NCBI RefSeq assembly: GCF_009914755.1
Contig: NC_060925.1
Reading direction: 5' to 3' (one strand)
From: the human T2T-CHM13v2.0 reference genome, Homo sapiens
Length of the DNA: 64,000 nucleotides
This document shows positions 54,780 to 64,000 of this stretch, in pieces. The notes under the pieces are model-generated. The model did not search any database and was not told the origin of the DNA. It saw nothing but the letters and a program-made list of their open reading frames with translations. The translations under genes and the position numbers were made by a program. Within the stretch, counting starts at the first letter, position 1. Each line of letters starts with the position of its first letter.

Positions 54780-55231
54780 CATGATGGTTAATGTCATGTG
54801 TCAGCTTGGCTAGGCTATGGTGCCCAGTTGGCCAAACACCAGTCGAGATGTTGCCTTGAAAGTATTTTAAAATGTAATATTTAGATCAGTAGACTTCAAG
54901 TAAAGCAAATTACCCTCCATAATGTAGATGGACCTCATCCAATCAGCTGAGGACCTTTAAAACAAAGACTGAGGTTTCCTGAAGAAGAAGGAACGGGACC
55001 TCAAGTTTACAGCATAAATGTCTTGCTTAAGTTTCTAGCCTGCAGATTTTCAGACTGAAGACTGCAGCATGAACTCCACAACAAAATTCCAGCATGCTGG
55101 CCTGCTCTACAGATGTTAGACTTTCCAGTCTCCACAATCACATCAGCCAATTCCTTAAAATCGGTCTCTCTCTTTCTCTATCCTATTGGTTCTGTATATT
55201 AGTCAGGCTCTGGAGAGCCCTGACTTATACA
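54780..55231 (+). mobile_element. MLT2-family solo LTR with perfect 5-bp TSD
   Basis: catgatggttaatgtcatgtgtcagcttggc...ctctggagagccctgacttataca. Flanked by GTGGC at 54775-54779 and 55232-55236. Confidence 0.9.
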
Positions 55232-57058
55232 GTGGCACCAAACTTGTTTACTAGGAAGGGACAGGCACTGGTTCAACTGATTTGGTGGCAAAATCTGATT
55301 TGGGAGATGATGGGCTGGGATGAGGTGCAGCAACCTAAGCTCCAAGAGTCTCAGACACAGTCCAGAAAGTGGTTGGCATCATGGAGCCCAAGATGAAGTA
55401 GCAGAGACTCAACAGGAAGCCATAGTATGGTGACAGGGAAACTGGACAGAACACCATCCCCTAGGAGATGCTGGGAAGAAAACAAGGCAAGCAGCAGAGT
55501 CCTCTTCGCTGTACTGGGGCTTATGGTAGATCTCCAGTCCTAGAAGAGACCTAAGGATGTGGGGACCGGGCAACCAAATAGAGCCTAGGCATAGGCCAAG
55601 GCACAGTCCTGTCCCATGGACTTGCCCGACATGGGTCCAGAGAGAGAAGAAGTAGCTAAGAGGTGTGATCTAGGGGCCTGGAGCCACCTAGAAGCCTTTC
55701 CTAAGGACAGTAGCCCTGGGGCTTGGCAGGGAAGGAAACCCAGGGAGCCACAAGGGAACTCAGAGCTACAAGATGATCTTGGGACTGGAAGAGGTCCCTC
55801 AAAAGTCCACTTCATGCTTGGGTTAGCCTGGGGACTGGGGCGGATGTGAGCCTTCATGGTGGGACCTGGGAGCCCAAAGCAAAGGAGTTTCAGTGTCTCT
55901 TCCTCTACGAACCCGTCCCCCTTGCTACCTCACTTCTGGCAGAGTGACTATATCTTCCCTATGCCCCCATGGTGTCTTATAAACGCATTTATTATGGCTC
56001 AAGGAAGACAAAGCAGGTAGGCCATAGCTCCCATCTTAGCAATCTTACATTGAGTCTTGACCACACATTGAAATGAGACACTCATTTGTATAGGCCCCCA
56101 ATTAGTAGCAGAGGTATTTCAAATCTCTTGTCAGATATGCCCAAAGGAACCAGCCTCCTTCTGTTTCTATATTCAGACTTTGTCTCTGGTGGCCTTTCTA
56201 TGGGGACTAAAGTAAAGGGCAGCAGGTCTTCCCAGCCTTGCTAGGAGGAAGGCTGTGGTCTCTTCTGGTGCCTTTGACCTCCTGGCTCCCACTGTGGACC
56301 TCATGGCAAACTTGAGCAGAGCATTTCTGCAAGGCAGTGCAGAAACGTGACCCAGTGACTTATAACTGCACAAAAGCCATGAGAACCAGCTCACAGAAAA
56401 GGCGGCATCCTCAGGACGAGCTTAGGATTCGGAAGAACTGTGTTGGATACATATCTCAGGTGGTCAGAGAAGAGTTCATCAGTCATCTTGATATTTGTAA
56501 AAATGTTGTGTAAGAAAAGCAGGTTCCCAACTTCATCACTAAAGCAAAGCTCGCGTAGAAAATCCCAAGTTAGACAATAAAAGTCAGCATTTTTATGTTA
56601 CTTAAGAGTTCGCAGAGCGTTTTCATGCTCATAATTCTATAATATAAGCATTAGCGTTCCCTCCATAGCTAGGGTGTGATGAGTGATATATACATTTAGT
56701 TAATTTAGCATAAAACTGACCTTAGCCCTGGCTGCCAGGGAGAGACGGAACCAAAACTAAAGCAGCCTTCGAATCCTCCAAACCAACCTCTCTCTGACTC
56801 CTAGAACATGGCGCCCTTTCTTGCTTCTCTTCCCCATAGCCAAAAAGGGACCAGAGCTCCCCACAGTGGGGCTTGTAGGAGCCTGAACAGAGCAGAGGCA
56901 CGCAGACTTGCAATTGAAGACTTAGAGCAGAGTCTGCAGAGCACAAACAGGACAGAGGACCAGAAATCCATTACCACTGGAAGTGGTGGGGTTGGGTTCC
57001 ACCAAGTAGGGGTCTGGAGAGGGGTCTCTGAAGCTTGAGGGTGTTAAATAGTCATTTA

Positions 57059-57403
<345 letters not shown>

Positions 57404-57819
57404 CTATCCACAGAAGACCTGAGTGGGAAGGCTGTGTGAGAGGAAGAGCAGGTGAGGTTAAGTCACCTTCCCAGAACTCTGATGCTTCCTGCTTTGGGAT
57501 AAATAATAAGACCCCACATATATTATATCACAGACTCAAGGAGACTTTGCACATTGCTTCATTTAACCCTCACAATGAATTTAAGAAACAGGTACTATTA
57601 TTATTCCCATTCTACAGATGAGGAGACTGAGGTTTAGAGACATCAAAGAACTTATCCATTGTCAGGTGGGATAATCCTTACCTATGTTTGGAGGACAGTA
57701 TTAGGACATAATGATTGGAGTCACATGATATGATTAATGTCTGCTTCATAATCAGGTCTCACACACCCTGATTGCTCCTATCTGATTCTTCCTGACAATC
57801 TCTTAAAGAACAAAACGTA

Positions 57820-58216
<397 letters not shown>

Positions 58217-58944
58217 CTATGTCCACTTAGCAGAATCTTTCAAAACACAAAGAACTGCTGCTAACATGCTCCTAAGACCACCCAAGAAGCTGTTAAGTGA
58301 GTCTTGCCCTACCCGCACCGCCCTCTGTCTCTTCCCATGCCAGAAGGTGGAAGACCACAGTGACTGATCAGATGGCAGCAGCACCCACCTGTGACCCAGC
58401 AATCAGAATCAAGTCCCACCACTGTTGCAGGCTGAGCCTGAGCAAAGCAGTCCCTGCCACAAGGAGAACTGCTTCTTGCCTACTTTCTCCTGCTTTACCT
58501 TAAATCCCCCTAAACTCTGCACCTGTAAAAGCATCTCAAGACACATCACCCTTCTGATTGGGACTTTGATGTGGTTACCATACGCCCTCTGACTGCTTCT
58601 TTCTGTTTTTTTTTATCCAGGTCTGTCTGTGCGGACCCTCTGTCCTGGCTGAACAGCATTTGTGGGGTCCCTGTGTTTGCTCAACATCCCAAAGCCCCCT
58701 TAATTTTAGATCCGCTGAGCTCTGCTCTTTCTCTATCCTGCCTGGCCAGCCCCACCTCATGGCTGCTAGCCTCAGCATTCTCTCCCGAGGTAGACTGATT
58801 GGGTTTCCATTGTATCTTATAAATACATTGTTATGGCTCTTTTCTTATTTTCCATTACTTCTCACCATATTTCCCTTGTTGAGATTAGAAACTAAATTTA
58901 TTCCTTTAACAAATATTTACAGCACACATGATCATGACAGTGGG

Positions 58945-59342
58945 TGTACTAGTCCGTTCTCTCATTGCTACAAAGAACCACCTGAGATGGGATAATTTAT
59001 AAAGAAAAGAGGTTTAATTGGCTCACAGTTCTGTAGGCTGTACAGGCAGCATGGCTGGAGAGGCCTCAGGAAACTTAGAATCACAGCAGAAGGCAAAGAG
59101 GAAGCAGGCATATCTTACGTGGCGGGAACAAAAGGAAGAGAGAGACAAGGGGGAGGTGCTACACACTTTCAAACAACCAGATCTCGTGAGAACTCTATCA
59201 CGAGAACAGCAAGGGGGATGGCACTAAACCATCAGAAACCATCCCCCATGATCCAGTCACCTCCCACCAGGCCCCACCTCCCACACTGGGAATTACAATT
59301 CAACATGAGATTTAGGTGGGGACACAGAGCCACACCATATCA
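58945..59342 (-). mobile_element. MSTA-like MaLR solo LTR
   Basis: tgtactagtccgttctc...aagaaaagaggtttaattggctcacagttctg...caacatgagatttaggtggggacacagagccacaccatatca. Confidence 0.88.
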
Positions 59343-59379
59343 TTTGGGGTCACTTTGCCCTTCCTCATAGAGTTTATGG

Positions 59380-59744
59380 CAGCAGTCCCCAACCTTTTTG
59401 GCACCAGGGACTGGTTTCATGGAAGACAGTTTCTCCATGGACCTGACAGGAAAGGGGTTAATGGTTTGGGGATGAAACTGTTCCACCTCGGATCATCAGG
59501 CATTAGACTCTCATAAGCAGTGCACAACCCAGATCTTTTGAACGTGCAGTTCACAATAGGGTTCATGCTTCTATAAGAATCTAATGCCGTGGCTGATCTG
59601 ACAGGAGATGGAGCTCAGGAGGTAATGCTCGCTCACCTGCCGCTCACCCGCCGCTCACCTGCCGCTCACCTCCTGCTGTATGGCCTGGTTCCTAACAGGC
59701 CATGGACCCATATGGGGCTGCAGGCTGGGGGTTGGGGATCCCTG
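59380..59744 (+). mobile_element. MER1B hAT-Charlie element
   Basis: cagcagtccccaacctttttggcaccagggactggtttcatggaagaca...ggggttggggatccctg, with terminal inverted repeats. Confidence 0.9.
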
Positions 59745-59914
59745 CTCTACCGAATGCAGGGCCTAGGGTCTGGGGAGACAAAAACTTACAAATTAGTAAA
59801 TAATATATAACATCTGATGAGACAAAGTACTAGGAAGAAAAATAAAAGAGGAACAGAGACTATAGAATGTGGAGTAGCTTAGCATGGATAATTTTATATA
59901 GTGTATCAAATATA

Positions 59915-60351
59915 TTATGATAGCTGAATAGTGGCCCCCCAAGATGTCTCTGTCCTAATCTTCTGAACCTGTGAATATATGAAGTCACATGGTAAAAGGG
60001 ATTTTGCAGATGTGATTAAATCAACCATTTTGAAATGAGATCATCCTAGAACTGCTTAGCTGGGCCCCATATAATTACAAGGATCCTCGTAAGGAGGCAG
60101 GAAGAGCAGTGATGATGGAAGCAGGAACTGGAGTGATTCAAGGAAGGGACCACAAGCCCAGGAATGCAGGTGGCCTCTAGAAGCTGAAAAGGCAAGGAAG
60201 TGGCATCTCCCCTGAAGCCTCCCGAGGAAACCAGCCCTGCCGACATCTTAATTTTAGATCATGGCATCCAGAACTGTAAGATAATCATTTGGTGTACTTT
60301 TAATTCACTGTTTGTGGGACGTTGTTATAGGAGCAAGAGGATGCTAATAGA
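59915..60351 (+). mobile_element. MLT1D-like MaLR solo LTR
   Basis: gtcctaatcttctgaacctgtgaatat...gggattttgcagatgtgattaa...ggaatgcaggtggcctctagaagctgaaaaggcaaggaa. Confidence 0.82.
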
Positions 60352-61614
60352 GGGTGGTCAGGGAAGATCAGGGGACTGATCAGGGAAGATCACTCATCAG
60401 GGGACCTTGGCATAGAGACCTGAAGGAAATGAGGGAATGAGCTATGCATACATCTGAGGGAAGAGCATTCCAAGCAGAGAAGAGCCATGAGGTGGGAGCA
60501 TGCTTAGCAAGGTCAAGGAATGCCAGGAAGCTGGCGTGGCTAGCATGAACAAGGATAGGAGCCATGTCTGGGAAATAGCATTGCCTTGATGGCCATTGTA
60601 AAGACTTTGGATTTGACTCTGAAGAAGATAGAAAGGCAAGAAAAGGATTTGAGCAAAGGAGAAACAAGATCAGATGAATATTTTTAGGGTTTATTCTGGC
60701 CGATGAACTGAGAATAAGTTGCAGAGGACAAGGGCAGAAACGGGAGGAACAGTCTGGAAGACTCTGCAACACCCTAGACAAGAAATGATGGCGGTGTCTA
60801 GTAGGTAGTGAGATGTGGTCAGATTCTGAATATATTTTGAAGGTAGAACCAAGAGGATTTGCTGATAGACTGGATGGAGAATGGCTGAGAAAAAATCCAA
60901 GTGAAAGACCACTCTAAGGTCTATGGCTCAAACAACTAGAAGATGGAACTGCCATTTTGTAAAATGGGAAAGACTGAAAGGGGACTGTGGTGCGGTGGTG
61001 TTGGGCGAGGGTGGGAGGGAGATCAGAAGTTCAACTTCAGACATATAAATGTGAGACGTCAATTAGATATTCAAGCGAACAACTGAGTAGGTAGCTGGAT
61101 ATACCAGGCTGGCACTCAAGGACGGAGGTCTAGGCTAGAGAAATAAATCTGAGAGTAAGCATATAATGTTATTTTAAAACCATATTTCTGGATGAGATTG
61201 CAGGGAGTAAGTGTAGACAGAGAGAGAGGAAAAAAAAAAACCATCTGAGGACTAAGCTTAGGGGCACTCCAACAAGTGAGACGATGAGGAATCAGTGAAA
61301 GAACAGCCAGTGAGGTTGCAGAATGAAGAAAGTGGTCTCTGGCAGCAAACTGAAGATACTGTTTCTTAATACCTTTATATTTAAGGTTAGAAAGAGGTGG
61401 AGCTGGAAGTTAAGAGTAAGCCGTCTGACCCCAGAGGCCATGTTATTTATCATGAGATATATGTGGGGAGTGAAAGAGCAAGTGAACCAATGAACAAATA
61501 AGTGAATGAATGAATGGCTATGGCCAGATGTTGGTTCCTTCATGTAATTTTTCCTCTCCAATCTCTCAACTCTTGCACATGCCATCTCTTTTCCTTTCAT
61601 ATTTGTTTATTTAA

Positions 61615-61750
61615 CAATAAATATTGTTATTTATTTTAAAGTGTTTGTAGACATGGTGTCTCACTATGTTGCCCAGGCTGGTCTCAAGTGATCCTCCCAC
61701 CTCGGCCTCCCAAAGTGCTAAGGTTACAGGTGTGAACCACCACATCCAGC
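61615..61750 (-). mobile_element. FLAM-type Alu monomer
   Basis: Single left arm, antisense, with a short deletion. Confidence 0.8.
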
Positions 61751-62696
61751 ATCTTTTCCTTCTTAACTGCTTACAATTCATCTTGTTCACGAAGAGTTTC
61801 AACCTAATTCCATCCATGTCCTCAACCCCTCAGCAAACATGGCCTAGATGAAGGATCTCTGGCTTGGTCTGGTCATTCCTTGAGACTCAGCTCAGCCAGT
61901 ATTTGTTACTGAGACCTTGAATCATTTCTTTCCAGTGCTACAAATTTTGAGGCTGACAAACCCAACTCTTCATGACCTCTGAAGACTTATTCATGAATCC
62001 AGTGGCTCCTGTGTAAAGAAATATGATTTACAAGAAAATTAAATGATTTTTTTACAAACACAACGTTTTTACCAAGGCCAAAATCCAATGAAGATGCTCT
62101 TATTTCCCATTATACATCATTTTTATTGATTCCTTATTTAAACAAACCTTAACAAAAATGAAATATGTTCAAACATATTTTCAACCCACTCACCTCCAGC
62201 TGCTACCAGCCACACATATACCATCCTTGCTTTTAAAGTCATAAATGGAGTGAGGTAGACCATTTTGGTGGTTCATAGGCAGGCTGAGCCTTGAGTAAAT
62301 GAATCTGAGCATAGGGTGTTTCAAGAAAAATATGCATATTCTTTTTTTGTGATATTTTTAGTTCCAATGAAACTATACATCCTCCAAGGTGATGATAACT
62401 TCGAGAATCTTCTGGTACTGTGATTGAAACCCAGTGAGTACTCTAGCTACAAGACACTGGCCTGAGACAATGCATTTTCTGTGATGACAGCAGGGGGAGC
62501 CCCTTCTCTCCAGTGTTTCAAAGCGATTTGCTATTATTCTGTTTAATATAATAACTGAAAGTCTCTATTTTGGGTGGTAGGCACTCACTGTGCCCAATCA
62601 CCTAATGATGCCCTGTATGACAGCACCTTCTCATGTCTGGTTGATAAATGAAAAACCAGAAATCTGTCATAGAAATTACCTAATTTGATATTTTAG

Positions 62697-63101
<405 letters not shown>

Positions 63102-63689
63102 TGAATTACCTGAGATGACTGCGCAAGTCCCAAGAACATCTGGAGATTTCCTGACCTTTATTCTAGTGGTTTTATCTGGGGGCAGAACTGGACAATTCTG
63201 AGGTGTTTTCAGAAAACCTTGAATTTGCATCTCTCAGCATAGTTCCCTCTCAAAGGTCTTTGTGAAGGAGCAGAGCCACTGAAATTGCATTGCTGCTGTG
63301 TCAAAAACAGCCACAGGAAAAGAGCAAGAATAATTTCCTAGGAATTGCATTTCAACCCGGAAAAGCTTCCAGATTCCTCAGTAACATATATAAAGAGCAG
63401 AGTGCATTGCATGATTTCCATCTCAAACTTCTAAATGGTTTTTGTGCCTATTATCTAGAAAGAAAAATATGTTGGTGAAGGAAGTCTTTGGGTAGGGTTG
63501 TGTCTAGGAATTCACAAGCCTGAAGCAAGGCTTTTTTTTTTTTTTCTAGCCTCCTATCCATTCACCGGTTCATTCACTTTTAAACAATCACTAAAACTAT
63601 TACACAATACTTATTCCACAATCTAGTTGCTACTTCTGGTAGCCAGCACCCTGCCCCCCCAACTCCAAGGCTGGTGATGGAGAAATAGT

Positions 63690-63985
63690 TTAATGTCAGT
63701 TTTTTAAAGTGACAGGGGTCATGCTGTTCATTTTTTGAGAAAATACTGCAGAGTATTAAAGGGAATAATTAATAAAAATTAGCAGTTAACTAATTGGGTA
63801 GAACCTCAGGTGCACAACAATGCTATGATCAAAGAAAAACTTTTTTCTTCAAATTTAAATAAAAGTTTCTTGATAGAAAGTAAACTCATTTTCAGGCAGT
63901 CAGTTGTTAACAGTACTCTGGGCAGTTCCCATAGGGGCATGTCCTGAGGTTTGCTTAATAAATACATTTTTATTAGCATGCACCA
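63690..63985 (+). mobile_element. Probable CR1/L3 LINE reverse-transcriptase remnant
   Basis: Broken frames read SFFEKILQSIKGN (compare SFFDxVTxxVDxGN) and VP..HVL...IFIS (compare GVPQGSVLGPxLFNIFI). May extend further left. Confidence 0.4.
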
Positions 63986-64000
63986 TCCATTAGTGCTAAC

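Larger units (their letters stand above)
58895..61345 (-). mobile_element. L2 (L2a-like) fragment interrupted by MSTA, MER1B and MLT1D
   Basis: L2 phrases resume after each insert, e.g. agagacctgaaggaaatgagggaatgagctatgcatacatctgagggaagagcattcc and ttctgaatatattttgaaggtagaacc. Confidence 0.8.

Noticed and set aside
63816-63834. Adjacent SOX (AACAATG) and TCF/LEF (ATCAAAG) motifs
   Set aside because: They lie inside the probable CR1/L3 remnant, and there is no independent evidence of function.

Overview
Primate (very probably human) euchromatic non-coding DNA. I find no recognisable protein-coding exon, tRNA, rRNA, CRISPR array or CpG island, and I could not identify the host gene, so no gene symbols are given. 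Much of the window is recognisable interspersed repeat. There are about 24 dimeric Alus (J, S and one Y) plus 3 free monomers, along with MIR, L2, L1M and CR1 remnants. ERVL/MaLR solo LTRs include two MLT2 copies with perfect 5-bp TSDs, MER21, MLT1A0, MSTD, LTR16C, THE1B, MLT1K-like, MSTA and MLT1D. DNA-transposon fossils include MER33, MER3, Tigger2a, MER45, MER5A, MER1B and a Zaphod-like hAT. The first ~10.7 kb contains no Alus and looks like a promoter/enhancer domain. It has a candidate minus-strand first exon (~3069-3675) with three serial uORFs and a strong-Kozak ATG running into a CCG|GTGAGC donor, MEF2, E-box, D-box and FOX motif clusters, and a possible divergent plus-strand lncRNA. 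A second candidate minus-strand first exon lies at ~48.5 kb. The clearest structural curiosities are a target site re-used by three Alu insertions (39.5-40.5 kb), a candidate Alu 3' transduction (26.5 kb), recent tandem duplications, nested transposon stacks and expansion-prone repeats. I see no convincing new biological system. Repeat family names come from my recall of consensus sequences, not from a RepeatMasker run.
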